A stretch of DNA of 64,000 nucleotides, taken from the NCBI GenBank assembly GCA_947632605.1, contig CANRPX010000001.1:198416-262415 (forward strand), read 5' to 3'. Below are positions 19,521 through 29,844 of this stretch, piece after piece. Positions within the stretch are counted from its first letter, which is position 1; each line of letters begins with the position of its first letter. The notes beneath the pieces were generated by a model. It was not told the origin of the DNA, searched no databases, and saw only the letters and a list, made by a program, of their open reading frames with translations. The translations under genes were made by a program, and so were the position numbers. The stretch comes from an uncultured Clostridia bacterium (lineage in GTDB: Bacteria > Bacillota > Clostridia > TANB77 > CAG-508).

Positions 19521-19769
19521 ATGCAAAGAGAAATAACAGTTGCTGAAATAAAGAAAACTTTAGATGAGGATGAAATTAATGATACAATTGTAGTAAAAAG
19601 AGAGAATAAATCTGATGTTGTTATAATGAATATAAATGATTATAAAAGAGTTATTGAATCTAAGTTTATATCAAGATTGAAAAAAGGAGAAGAACAAATA
19701 AAAAAAGGCGAAGTTACTGATGGAGATATAGTTTTTAAAAGAATGAGGAAAAAATATGGATACAAATGA
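19521..19769 (+). CDS. type II antitoxin (Phd/YefM or RelB-like)
   Basis: 82 aa. Overlaps the downstream RelE/ParE-like ORF by 14 nt. This size and gene order are typical. Confidence 0.55.
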   Translation: MQREITVAEIKKTLDEDEINDTIVVKRENKSDVVIMNINDYKRVIESKFISRLKKGEEQIKKGEVTDGDIVFKRMRKKYGYK

Positions 19770-20082
19770 AGAACTATACAAAATAATATTCACTAATGAT
19801 GCTATAAATGAAATGGAAAATGTTTTTAATTACATATCTGAAAAATTATATGCTCCAAAAGCTACAAAAAATTTAATGCTAGAAATAGATGAAAACATTA
19901 ATAATTTAAAATATATGCCAAGAAAATATAGAACTATAAAAAAATATGATGAATTAGATTTAGAATATAGAAGAATGATTATAAAAAAATATTGTATTAT
20001 TTATACTATAAATGAAAACGAGAAGAAAGTTTATATTACACATTTGTATCATAGTAAACAAGATTATTTTAATTTATTTTAA
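19756..20082 (+). CDS. type II toxin, RelE/ParE superfamily
   Basis: 108 aa, basic C-terminal half (RKYRTIKKY...YRRMIIKKY...ITHLYH), coupled to the upstream small ORF. Confidence 0.55.
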   Translation: MDTNEELYKIIFTNDAINEMENVFNYISEKLYAPKATKNLMLEIDENINNLKYMPRKYRTIKKYDELDLEYRRMIIKKYCIIYTINENEKKVYITHLYHSKQDYFNLF

Positions 20083-20105
20083 AAAGCTAATAATAGAGTT
20101 AATAT

Positions 20106-20139
20106 AAAAAAGCTAGAAATTATATTTCTAGCTTTTTTT
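20106..20139 (+). terminator. Rho-independent terminator
   Basis: AAAAAGCTAGAAAT-tat-ATTTCTAGCTT followed by T7. Confidence 0.75.
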
Positions 20140-20253
20140 ATAATGCAAAAAAACTTTCGTAAATTTTTTGTAAAATTACTATATTAACTTGAAGAAAATT
20201 AAAGAAAATGATAAAATATGAAAGATTTAATAGGTTAAAAAGAGGTATAAAAA

Positions 20254-22131
20254 TTGGAGAAAATTAAAAAACTTAGTAAATTTAGAAATGTAATTTTAAT
20301 TTTTTTAGATATATTGTGTATAGCCTTTGCGTATTATTCAGGAATAGTACTTATAAATAATGGTTCTCTTTTATTAGATACATATTATACTAAAAGATTT
20401 TTGAATACTTTATTAGTTTCAACAATTGTTTATCAATTTGTATTTCAAATAACTAGAAGATACAAAAACTTAATAAGATATGAAGATGGAAAGGATTATT
20501 TAATTTATTTTATTTTGTGTATTATATCTTCAATTATTGTAGCTATTGTAAGAAAAGTTTTTGATATTTTTATGGTTGAAACAACAAGACTTATTATTTT
20601 AGCAGGTATTTTTATTGCTATTTTAATGGTTTCTTATAGAGTAGTTTTAAGATATATTTTAGTAAATGATATTTTTAATAAGAATGTTAAGGTAAATAAA
20701 GAAGTTCAAAAAAATCTACTTATAATTGGAGCTGGAAATGCAGCTCATGAAATTATAAGAACAATACATTCTAATATGAAAGAAATTTACAATATTGTTG
20801 GAATAATAGATGATAATAAAAAAAGATTGAATTATAGTGTTTCAGGTGTAAAAATTATTGGAAACAGAAATGATATTGTTAGAATTTGTGAAGAAAATAA
20901 AATAGATTTAATTTTCTTTTCTATTGCTAATATTGATAATGAAAATAAAAAACAAATATTAAATATATGTCAACAAACAAGAGCAAAAGTTAGAATTTTG
21001 CCTGGAATGAAAGAAATAATTAGAAATAAAAAATTATTTGAAAATTTAAGAGATGTTGAAATAGAAGATATTTTAGGAAGAGATCCTGTAAAACTAGATA
21101 ATAATAATATTGAAAATTTAATAAAAGATAAAACAATATTAGTTACAGGAGCTGGCGGATCAATTGGTTCAGAACTTTGTAGACAAATAATGAAATATAA
21201 GCCAGAAAAATTAGTAATGTTAGATATTTATGAAAATAGCTTATATGATATAGAAATTGAACTAAAAACAAAATATCCTAAAGCAAAAATAGATGCTATC
21301 ATAGCAAGTGTTAGAGATAAAAAAAGATTAGAAGAAGTTTTTGAAAAGTATAATCCTTATTTAGTATTTCATGCAGCAGCACATAAACATGTTCCTTTAA
21401 TGGAAAATAGTCCATTAGAAGCAATAAAAAATAATATTTTTGGAACATATAATGTTACAAATGTAGCAGATAAATTTAAAGTAAAAAGATTTATTTTAAT
21501 TTCAACAGATAAAGCTGTAAATCCTACAAACATAATGGGTGCTACAAAGAGAATGTGCGAAATGATAGTTCAAGCTAAAAATAAAGTAAGTGAAACAGAG
21601 TTTGTAGCTGTTCGTTTTGGAAATGTTTTAGGAAGTAATGGTTCTGTTGTTCCACTATTTAAAAAACAAATTATGGATGGTGGGCCAGTTACTGTTACAC
21701 ATAAAGAAATAACAAGATTTTTTATGACTATTCCAGAAGCAGTAGAATTAATTCTTCAGGCCATTACTTATGCTGATGGTGGAGAAATATTTGTTTTAGA
21801 TATGGGAGAGCCAGTAAAAATTTATGATTTAGCAGTAAGTTTAATAAAGCTTTCAGGATATGTTCCAAATGAAGATATAGAAATTAAAATAACAGGCTTA
21901 AGACCTGGAGAAAAATTATATGAAGAACTTTTAATGGGAGAAGAGGGACTTCAAAAAACAGCTCATGACAAAATATTTGTTGCAGAACCAACAAATATAA
22001 CAATAGATGATATTGAGAAAAAATTAGAAAAATTAAATAATTTATTAAATAAAGAAAATGCAGATTTAGAAGATACAAAATTTGTTATGAAAGAAATTAT
22101 ACCTACATATCATGAAGAAAATAATAAATAA
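20254..22131 (+). CDS. membrane-anchored UDP-N-acetylglucosamine 4,6-dehydratase (CapD/PglF/WbpM family)
   Basis: Four N-terminal TM helices, two Rossmann motifs (IIGAGNAAHEI, VTGAGGSIGSEL) and the FHAAAHKHVPLME motif. Confidence 0.85.
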   Translation: MEKIKKLSKFRNVILIFLDILCIAFAYYSGIVLINNGSLLLDTYYTKRFLNTLLVSTIVYQFVFQITRRYKNLIRYEDGKDYLIYFILCIISSIIVAIVRKVFDIFMVETTRLIILAGIFIAILMVSYRVVLRYILVNDIFNKNVKVNKEVQKNLLIIGAGNAAHEIIRTIHSNMKEIYNIVGIIDDNKKRLNYSVSGVKIIGNRNDIVRICEENKIDLIFFSIANIDNENKKQILNICQQTRAKVRILPGMKEIIRNKKLFENLRDVEIEDILGRDPVKLDNNNIENLIKDKTILVTGAGGSIGSELCRQIMKYKPEKLVMLDIYENSLYDIEIELKTKYPKAKIDAIIASVRDKKRLEEVFEKYNPYLVFHAAAHKHVPLMENSPLEAIKNNIFGTYNVTNVADKFKVKRFILISTDKAVNPTNIMGATKRMCEMIVQAKNKVSETEFVAVRFGNVLGSNGSVVPLFKKQIMDGGPVTVTHKEITRFFMTIPEAVELILQAITYADGGEIFVLDMGEPVKIYDLAVSLIKLSGYVPNEDIEIKITGLRPGEKLYEELLMGEEGLQKTAHDKIFVAEPTNITIDDIEKKLEKLNNLLNKENADLEDTKFVMKEIIPTYHEENNK

Positions 22132-22144
22132 AGGAAGTATTAAA

Positions 22145-23269
22145 ATGGAAAGAATTTATTTAGCATCACCACACATGTCAAAAGAAAAATATGAAGAAAA
22201 GTTTGTTAAAGAAGCTTTTGATACAAACTGGTTATCAACAGTTGGAGAAAATTTAAATAAATTTGAAGAAAGTGTTAGAAACTATTTAGGAATAAAAGCA
22301 TCTGTTGGACTTTCTAGTGGAAGTGCAGCAATTCATTTAGGATTAAAAGCATTAGGAGTATCAAAAGATGATATAGTTTTTGTTTCAGACCTTACATTTT
22401 CTGCAAGTGTAAATCCAATTATATATGAGAATGCAACACCTGTTTTTATTGATTCAGATTATGAAACTTGGAATATGGATCCAAAAGCTTTAGAAAAAGC
22501 ATTTGAAAAATATCCTAATCCTAAGGCTGTAATTGTAGTTCACTTATATGGTAGAGCATCTAATATGGATGAAATTTGCAAAATATGTAAAGAACATAAT
22601 GTGCCAATTTTAGAAGATGCAGCAGAAGGATTAGGTTCAAAATATAAAGAAAAATTCTTAGGAACTTTTGGAAAATGTTCAGCACTTTCTTTTAATGGAA
22701 ATAAAATAATTACTACAACAGGTGGAGGAATGCTAGTATCAGATGATGAAGAATTAGTAAAAAAAGTAAAATTTTGGTCAACTCAAAGCAAAGATCCAGC
22801 AAGGTATTATCAACATTCAGAAATTGGATATAATTATAGAATGAGTAATGTTCTAGCTGGAATCGGTAGAGGACAAATGATGGTTTTAGAAGATAGAGTT
22901 GCTAAAAAAAGAGAAATTTTTGATACTTATAAAAATGCTTTTAAGGATATAGAAGATATAGAAATAACTGATGAAAAAGAATATGAAAGATCAAATCGTT
23001 GGCTTTCAACAATAACATTAAAAAAGAATTCAAAAGTAAAACCTTTAGATATAATAGAAAGATTAGAAAAAGAAAACATTGAATCAAGAATGGTTTGGAA
23101 ACCAATGCACTTGCAACCAATATTTGAAAAATATGATTTTATTACTTTACAAGATGAAGTAAGTGTTGGAGAAGATTTATTTACAAGAGGAGTATGTTTA
23201 CCATCAGATACAAAAATGACAAATGAAGATTTAGAAAGAGTTATAAATATTGTTAAAAGTTTATTTTAA
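22145..23269 (+). CDS. DegT/DnrJ/EryC1/StrS-family PLP sugar aminotransferase (PglE-like)
   Basis: Motifs SGSAAIHLGL, DLTFSASVNPI and the active-site SFNGNKIITTTGGGMLV lysine. The ATG at 22145 follows AAAGGAAG. Confidence 0.85.
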   Translation: MERIYLASPHMSKEKYEEKFVKEAFDTNWLSTVGENLNKFEESVRNYLGIKASVGLSSGSAAIHLGLKALGVSKDDIVFVSDLTFSASVNPIIYENATPVFIDSDYETWNMDPKALEKAFEKYPNPKAVIVVHLYGRASNMDEICKICKEHNVPILEDAAEGLGSKYKEKFLGTFGKCSALSFNGNKIITTTGGGMLVSDDEELVKKVKFWSTQSKDPARYYQHSEIGYNYRMSNVLAGIGRGQMMVLEDRVAKKREIFDTYKNAFKDIEDIEITDEKEYERSNRWLSTITLKKNSKVKPLDIIERLEKENIESRMVWKPMHLQPIFEKYDFITLQDEVSVGEDLFTRGVCLPSDTKMTNEDLERVINIVKSLF

Positions 23270-23280
23270 ATGGAGAAAAA

Positions 23281-23916
23281 ATGTATAAAAAATTTTTTAA
23301 AAGATTTTTAGACATAATTATTAGTTTAATAAGTTTAATTATTTTATCACCAGTAATGCTAATTGTAGCAATTTTAGTAAGAATAAAGCTTGGAAGCCCA
23401 GTAATTTTTAGACAAGAAAGACCTGGTAAAAATGAAAAAATATTTAAACTTTATAAATTTAGAAGTATGTCAGATAAAAAAGATGAAAATGGAAAATTAC
23501 TTCCAGATAGTGAGAGATTAACAAAATTTGGAAAAATATTAAGAAGTACAAGCTTAGATGAACTTCCAGAACTTGTAAATATTTTAAAAGGAGATATGAG
23601 CTTAATTGGACCAAGACCTCTTGCTGTTGCTTATTTACCTTATTATAATGAAAAAGAAAAGCATAGACATGATGTAAGACCAGGATTAACAGGACTTGCT
23701 CAAATAAATGGAAGAAATGCTTTAGACTGGGAAAAAAGATTTGAATATGATTTGGAATACGTAAACAATATTACTTTTATAAATGACTTAAAAATATTAT
23801 TTAAAACATTTTTTAAAGTTTTAAAAAGAGAAGATGTTGTAACTAGAGGAACAGGAAAAACAATAGATTTTGATGAATATAGGAGAAATAACTTAAATGA
23901 ATCAAAAAAAATATAA
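23281..23916 (+). CDS. undecaprenyl-phosphate sugar-1-phosphate transferase (PglC/WbaP C-terminal domain family), the initiating transferase
   Basis: Single N-terminal TM, KLYKFRSM, DELPEL and PRPL motifs. Confidence 0.85.
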   Translation: MYKKFFKRFLDIIISLISLIILSPVMLIVAILVRIKLGSPVIFRQERPGKNEKIFKLYKFRSMSDKKDENGKLLPDSERLTKFGKILRSTSLDELPELVNILKGDMSLIGPRPLAVAYLPYYNEKEKHRHDVRPGLTGLAQINGRNALDWEKRFEYDLEYVNNITFINDLKILFKTFFKVLKREDVVTRGTGKTIDFDEYRRNNLNESKKI

Positions 23917-24040
23917 CTTTTTCTATTTTCAATATTAACATATATGTGGTGGGTATTTTAACTATAATTATTGAAATAATACTTATAAAATTAATTAATA
24001 AAACAAAATTTGATAAATTAAAGAAAGGGTTAGCTCTAGA

Positions 24041-25306
24041 ATGAAAAAAAGAGTATTAGTATTAAATTGTGGAACTTTAGCTTCTACTGATATAAATATG
24101 TCTTTAAGATATAATAATGAGTTTGAAGTTTGGGGAGCATCAACTACTAAAAATCATGGAATATATGTGTATAAAAATTATATTGAAGATATTCCAAATA
24201 TGAATGATAGTAATTTTATAAAAGTTTTAAATCAAAAAATAAAAGATTATAATTTTAAATTTATTATTGCACCACATGAGGATTTAGCATTATTTTTACA
24301 AGAACATAAAAAAGAAATAAATGCAGTAATTGTATGCTCAAATTATGATACAGCTCTACTTTGTAGATATAAATCAAAAACTTATGCAAAAATGAAAGAA
24401 TATAATTTTATTCCAAAAACATATAAAAAAGAAGAAGTAAAAGAATTTCCAGTTTTTGTAAAAAAAGATACAGACCAAGGTGGAAGGCATGCACACAAAG
24501 TAGAAAATCAAAAAGAATTAGATTTATATGCTGAAGGCGAAGATATGATAATTTGTGAATATCTTCCAGGAGAAGAGGTAACAGTTGATTGCTTTACAAA
24601 TAAAAATAGAGAACTTCTATTTTGTAACCCAAGAGCAGCAGATAGAATGCTTGCTGGAATAGATGTTCATGCTAGAAGAATAGAGCTATCAAAAGAAATT
24701 AAATACATCGCTGATTCTTTAAATAAAGAAATAGAATTTAGAGGCTTTTGGTTTTTTCAAATAAAAAAAGATGTAAATGGAAAATATAAATTACTAGAAA
24801 TAAGCACAAGACTTCCAGGAGCTTTTAGTTTAAGTAGATGTTTAGATGTTAATTTACCACTTATGGCATTAAAAGATTTTGATGGACAAGATGTAAAATT
24901 AACTTTTAATGATATAAATATTGAAGCAGATAAGCAATTTTTTGGAAAATATTCTTTAGGACTAGAATATGATACAGTTTATATTGATTTTGAAACTTGT
25001 TTTGAGTCAAAAGAAAAAGTAGATACTTTTCTTATGATGTTTTTATATCAATGTGTAAATAAAAATATAAAAATAAATTTATTATTGCAAAGTGATAATT
25101 TAAAAGTTTTAGATAAAAACAAAACTTCAAGAAATTTATTTGATGAAATAATTGAAATTGAACGAAAAGATATTAAAAATATTTTAGAGGAAAAAAGTAT
25201 TTTAATATCTAATGATGAAAATTTAAAAAATGAAATAAGAGAAAAAAATAAATATAATTGTTTTAGTACATCAATAATTGAAAGCTTAATTGATTGGAGA
25301 GCATAA
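24041..25306 (+). CDS. ATP-grasp family ligase
   Basis: The central region (ICEYLPGEEVTVDCF..., LEISTRLPGA) follows the ATP-grasp fold pattern. About 421 aa. Confidence 0.6.
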   Translation: MKKRVLVLNCGTLASTDINMSLRYNNEFEVWGASTTKNHGIYVYKNYIEDIPNMNDSNFIKVLNQKIKDYNFKFIIAPHEDLALFLQEHKKEINAVIVCSNYDTALLCRYKSKTYAKMKEYNFIPKTYKKEEVKEFPVFVKKDTDQGGRHAHKVENQKELDLYAEGEDMIICEYLPGEEVTVDCFTNKNRELLFCNPRAADRMLAGIDVHARRIELSKEIKYIADSLNKEIEFRGFWFFQIKKDVNGKYKLLEISTRLPGAFSLSRCLDVNLPLMALKDFDGQDVKLTFNDINIEADKQFFGKYSLGLEYDTVYIDFETCFESKEKVDTFLMMFLYQCVNKNIKINLLLQSDNLKVLDKNKTSRNLFDEIIEIERKDIKNILEEKSILISNDENLKNEIREKNKYNCFSTSIIESLIDWRA

Positions 25307-26349
25307 AAATGGAAATTGGAAGTGAGTTTTGGAAATGTGAAGATGATTTAATTTCAAATAATACAGATTTTTGGAATCTTGGAGAAGATACAAAATTTGT
25401 GTTATCTGGAAGAACAGCAATATATTTTGTTTTACAAAATATATTGTTAAATCATGATATAAAAAAAGCTTATCTTCCAACTTATTGTTGCAATTCTATG
25501 ATTAAGCCTTTTATAGATTTGGGAATAGAAATAGAATATTATGATGTTTATTATAATAATGGATTAAAATATAATATAAATTTAGATGAAGATATTGATA
25601 TATTTTTTGCTATGAATTATTTTGGATATTCATCTACAAATATGGAAAATTATATTAAAAATTTTAAGGAAAAAGGTAAAATTATAATTGAAGATATAAC
25701 ACATAGTTTTTTTAGCTCAAAAAAATTTAGTGTATATTCAGATTATTTAGTAGGAAGTTTAAGAAAATGGTTTCCAGTTACAAGTGGAGGAATAGCTGTA
25801 AATAGAAAAACAAAATTTGAATTAAAATTAAATGATAATACAAATGAAAAAATAATTTCTTTAAGAAAAAAAGCAATGGAAAATAAATCTAAATTTATAA
25901 ATAATAATGAAGATTTAAAAGAAACTTTTTTAAATCAATATTCAGAAAGTGGTAAACTATTAGAAAACGATTATAAAAATTATAGTATAGATAATGATTC
26001 TTTAAAAATAATTATGGGAATAAATCTAGAAGAAATAATTTCAAGAAGAAAAGAAAATTCAAAAATTATATATGAAAAATTAAAAAACATATCTAATATG
26101 GAATTTTTAGAAGAATACAATGAAAATGATTGTTTATTATTTGTTCCGATAATTTTAGAACATAATTTAAGAAATGAATTAAGAAAATATTTAATAGAAA
26201 ATGAAGTTTATTTACCTGTACATTGGCCATTAGAAGAAAAATTAAATAATGTTTTTGAAAAAGAATTATCTTTAATTTGTGACCAAAGATATACAAAAGA
26301 ACAAATTTCAAAATATACTGATATGATAATCGATTTTTTAGAAAAATAA
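25294..26349 (+). CDS. DegT-like aminotransferase-fold protein (divergent)
   Basis: LSGRTAIYFVLQ / YLPTYCCNSMIKPF / GSLRKWFPVTSGGIAV resemble the DegT family blocks, including a candidate PLP lysine. Confidence 0.45.
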   Translation: MESIKMEIGSEFWKCEDDLISNNTDFWNLGEDTKFVLSGRTAIYFVLQNILLNHDIKKAYLPTYCCNSMIKPFIDLGIEIEYYDVYYNNGLKYNINLDEDIDIFFAMNYFGYSSTNMENYIKNFKEKGKIIIEDITHSFFSSKKFSVYSDYLVGSLRKWFPVTSGGIAVNRKTKFELKLNDNTNEKIISLRKKAMENKSKFINNNEDLKETFLNQYSESGKLLENDYKNYSIDNDSLKIIMGINLEEIISRRKENSKIIYEKLKNISNMEFLEEYNENDCLLFVPIILEHNLRNELRKYLIENEVYLPVHWPLEEKLNNVFEKELSLICDQRYTKEQISKYTDMIIDFLEK

Positions 26350-26351
26350 AT

Positions 26352-27344
26352 ATGGAGAGAAAAGTGAAAGATATATATTTTGATAAAAATTATGGAAAAT
26401 TATATGAAAAAGCTGATAATGGAAAAGCACAAATTTTTGAATTTGAAAATGAAGATGGAAAAATTTCTAATCAGTTTTTAATAAGAGAAATTCCAGAAAA
26501 AATAGATGGAAAAACATATTATGATTTAATTACACCTTATGGATATGGTGGACCAATTATTGAAAATTTAACTGGAAATAAAGAAAAATTAATAAATGAA
26601 TTTGAAAATGAATTTTCTAAATATGCAAAAGAAAATAATATTGTTAGTGAATTTGTAAGATTTCATCCAATAATAAAAAATTATGAAGATTTTGGAAAAA
26701 TGTATAATAGCATATATATGAGAAAAACTTTAATTACAAAACTTGATGAAGAAGATCCTATTCAAAATCAATTCAAAAAAAGTTGTAGAAAAAACATAAG
26801 ACAAGCATTAAATAAAGGAATTACTTATAAAGTAATTCCAGCACCAGATAATTTATCTAATTTTAAAGAAATTTATTTTTCTACAATGGATAGAAATAAT
26901 GCAACAGATTATTATTATTTTGACGATGAGTATTTTAATAATATTTTAAAATATTACAAAGAAAATGTAGTTTTAGTTCAAGCTATTTTTGAAGAAAAAA
27001 TAATAGCTGCTGGATTATATTTTGTATATAATGATGTAATTCATATACATTTGTCTGGCACTTTAACAGAATATCTTTATTTATCTCCTGCTTATATATT
27101 AAGATATGCAATTACATTATGGGGAATTGAAAATAAATATAAATTAATTCATCATGGTGGCGGAACATCTAATAGTGAGGAAAACAGTTTGTATTTATTT
27201 AAAAGAAATTTTGCTAAACTTTATGATGCAGATTTTTATATTGGTAAAAAAATTTGGAATGAAGAAATTTATAATAAATTGTGTGATATAAAAAATATAG
27301 ATAAAAACGAAAGTTTTTTCCCTGCATATAGAAAAAATAATTAA
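26352..27344 (+). CDS. FemAB-like (aminoacyl-tRNA-dependent peptidyl/aminoacyl transferase fold) GNAT-family protein
   Basis: About 330 aa. The C-terminal GNAT-like block (VVLVQAIFEEKIIAAGLYFVYNDVIHIHLSGT...LIHHGGG) is typical of Fem/MurM-like proteins found in EPS loci. Confidence 0.45.
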   Translation: MERKVKDIYFDKNYGKLYEKADNGKAQIFEFENEDGKISNQFLIREIPEKIDGKTYYDLITPYGYGGPIIENLTGNKEKLINEFENEFSKYAKENNIVSEFVRFHPIIKNYEDFGKMYNSIYMRKTLITKLDEEDPIQNQFKKSCRKNIRQALNKGITYKVIPAPDNLSNFKEIYFSTMDRNNATDYYYFDDEYFNNILKYYKENVVLVQAIFEEKIIAAGLYFVYNDVIHIHLSGTLTEYLYLSPAYILRYAITLWGIENKYKLIHHGGGTSNSEENSLYLFKRNFAKLYDADFYIGKKIWNEEIYNKLCDIKNIDKNESFFPAYRKNN

Positions 27345-27391
27345 TCTTAAGATTATATTAAATCCTAAAATAAAAATGGAGACGAAGTATA

Positions 27392-28588
27392 ATGAAAAAA
27401 AAGATTTTAATAATTGCAAATTTTACAAGACTTCCCTGGGAACATGGAAATAGTAGATTTCCATACATAATAAATTTAATTAATAAAGAAAAATTTGATG
27501 TTGAACTTATAACTTCGAAATTTTCTCATGGTGAAAAAATACATAGAACAGGTGAAATTAAAGAAAATTTAGACTATAAAATTACATTAATAGATGAGCC
27601 TGGTTATAAAAAAAATGTGTCACTTAAAAGATTTTATAGTCATAGTAGGTTTGCTAAAAATGTAAAAAAATATTTAGAAACAATAGAAAAACCAGATATA
27701 ATTTATTCTGCAGTACCATCATTAGATGTAGCATATATTGCTGGAAAATTTGCAAAAGAAAACAATATAAGATTTATAATAGACATACAAGATTTATGGC
27801 CAGAGGCTTTTAAAATGGTATTTAATGTACCAATAATAAGCAATATTATTTTTTATCCAATGACAAAAAAAGCAAACAAAATATATAAAATGGCAGATGA
27901 CATAGTTGCAGTTTCAAATACTTATGCTGATAGAGCAGGTTTAGTAAATAAAACATATAAAAATAAAATAAGTGTATTTTTAGGAACAGACTTAGAAAAT
28001 TTTGATAAATTTAAAGAAGAAAATAAAAATGATAAATTTGATGATGTACTAAGAATAGCTTATGTTGGAACTCTAGGTCATAGTTATGATTTAAAATGTG
28101 TAATAGACAGCATAAAGATTTTACAAGAAAGAAATATAAAAAATATATTATTAGTTGTAATGGGTAAAGGACCTTTAAGAGCTGAATTTGAATCTTATGC
28201 TAAAGAAAAAAATGTTAATGCTGAATTTGTAGGCTATTTAAATTATGAAGAAATGGTAGGTAGACTTTGCTCTTGTGATATAGCAGTAAACCCAATAACA
28301 AAAGGGGCTGCTCAGAGTATTATCAATAAAGTTGCAGATTATGCAGCAGCAGGACTTCCAGTTATAAGTACTCAAGAATCAAAAGAATATAGAAAATTAG
28401 TTGATGATTATCAAATTGGTTTTAATGTAGAAAATGGAAATGCTGAAGAGATAGCAAACAAAATTGAGATCCTTCAAAATGATAAAGAATTAAGAGAAAG
28501 ATTAGGATTAAATAATAGAAAATTAGCAGAAGAGAAGTTTGATAGAAAAGAAACTTATTTAGAAATTAAAAATTTAATAGAAAATTAA
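27392..28588 (+). CDS. GT4 (GT-B) glycosyltransferase
   Basis: The C-terminal E-x7-E region (VADYAAAGLPVISTQ...) and the length are typical of GT4. Confidence 0.75.
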   Translation: MKKKILIIANFTRLPWEHGNSRFPYIINLINKEKFDVELITSKFSHGEKIHRTGEIKENLDYKITLIDEPGYKKNVSLKRFYSHSRFAKNVKKYLETIEKPDIIYSAVPSLDVAYIAGKFAKENNIRFIIDIQDLWPEAFKMVFNVPIISNIIFYPMTKKANKIYKMADDIVAVSNTYADRAGLVNKTYKNKISVFLGTDLENFDKFKEENKNDKFDDVLRIAYVGTLGHSYDLKCVIDSIKILQERNIKNILLVVMGKGPLRAEFESYAKEKNVNAEFVGYLNYEEMVGRLCSCDIAVNPITKGAAQSIINKVADYAAAGLPVISTQESKEYRKLVDDYQIGFNVENGNAEEIANKIEILQNDKELRERLGLNNRKLAEEKFDRKETYLEIKNLIEN

Positions 28589-28599
28589 AAGGGATAAAT

Positions 28600-29844
28600 A
28601 TGAATTTTATAAAAAAATACAAAAGTTTTTTATCTGATATGATTTTAAATATGATAGGGTTTGGAATATATATTGTTTCACAACAAATTTTATTACTTCC
28701 AATACTTGCAAAAATGGTAAATGATGATATATATTCTAGCATAGTTTTATACATATCAATTTTAAATGTTGTGTGCAATGTAACAGGTGGAGAACTTGGA
28801 AATGTTAGATTAGTTAGAGATAGTGAATATAAAGAAAAAAATTTAATTGGTGATTTTACTAGAATATTATTAATGCTTTCAACAGTAATAATAATATTTG
28901 TTTTTCCAGTTTTAATTTTGTTAAAATATAGTATACTTGGAAGCATTATTTTTACAATAACTATTTTATTGGCCAATATAAGACTTTATGCTACTTGTTT
29001 TTACAGATTAGAGAAAAAGTTTAATAAAGTAATTTGGCAAAATGTTTGTTATTTAATTGGAATTATTATCAGTTTAATTTTATTTAAATTATTTGGAAAC
29101 ATTTATTTATTGTTATTTATTCCTGAATTAATTTCAAGTATATATGCATTAAAAAATTCTGATATTTTGAGAATGAAATTAAAAAAGACAATTGAAATGA
29201 TAAATACAATAAAAAAATTTTTTCAACTTGGATTTGTATCTTTACTTACAAACTTAATGAATTATTTTGATAAATTTTTAATATATCCAATGTTTGGAGC
29301 AACATCAGTTGCAATATATTATGCAGTAAATTCAATGTCTAAAATTGCAAGTTTAATAACAAACCCAATGTCTAGTGTTATTTTATCTTGGGTTTCAAAT
29401 ACAAATGAAAAAGATAAGAAAAATAAAATTTTAAAAATGACTTTAATTTCAAATATACCAGTATTATTAATTGTAACATTACTTACAATACCATTAACAT
29501 ATATAGCACTTAAAATATTATATAGTCAGTATATGGAAAGTGCTTTAAATTTAATTATTCCAATAGCAGTTACAACAGCTTTTGGAACTGCTGCAACACT
29601 TGTTAAATCTGTATTATTAAAGTATAGTAATACTAATAAATTAGTATTTACTTACATATTATATTTTACAATTTTTATAATTTTAGGATACTTTTTAAGT
29701 AAATTTAATGGATTAGTTGGATTTACTACAGCAAATTTAATCTCTAAAATTATTTTATGGCTTTCTTTTATAGTATTACTGATAAAATCTAGAAAAGAAA
29801 TAAATAAGGAGCAAACAAATGAAAATATTAAACAAAATCTTTAA
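28600..29844 (+). CDS. wzx: Wzx-like oligosaccharide flippase (MOP superfamily)
   Basis: About 12 predicted TM over 414 aa. Adjacent to a Wzy-like gene. Confidence 0.5.
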   Translation: MNFIKKYKSFLSDMILNMIGFGIYIVSQQILLLPILAKMVNDDIYSSIVLYISILNVVCNVTGGELGNVRLVRDSEYKEKNLIGDFTRILLMLSTVIIIFVFPVLILLKYSILGSIIFTITILLANIRLYATCFYRLEKKFNKVIWQNVCYLIGIIISLILFKLFGNIYLLLFIPELISSIYALKNSDILRMKLKKTIEMINTIKKFFQLGFVSLLTNLMNYFDKFLIYPMFGATSVAIYYAVNSMSKIASLITNPMSSVILSWVSNTNEKDKKNKILKMTLISNIPVLLIVTLLTIPLTYIALKILYSQYMESALNLIIPIAVTTAFGTAATLVKSVLLKYSNTNKLVFTYILYFTIFIILGYFLSKFNGLVGFTTANLISKIILWLSFIVLLIKSRKEINKEQTNENIKQNL

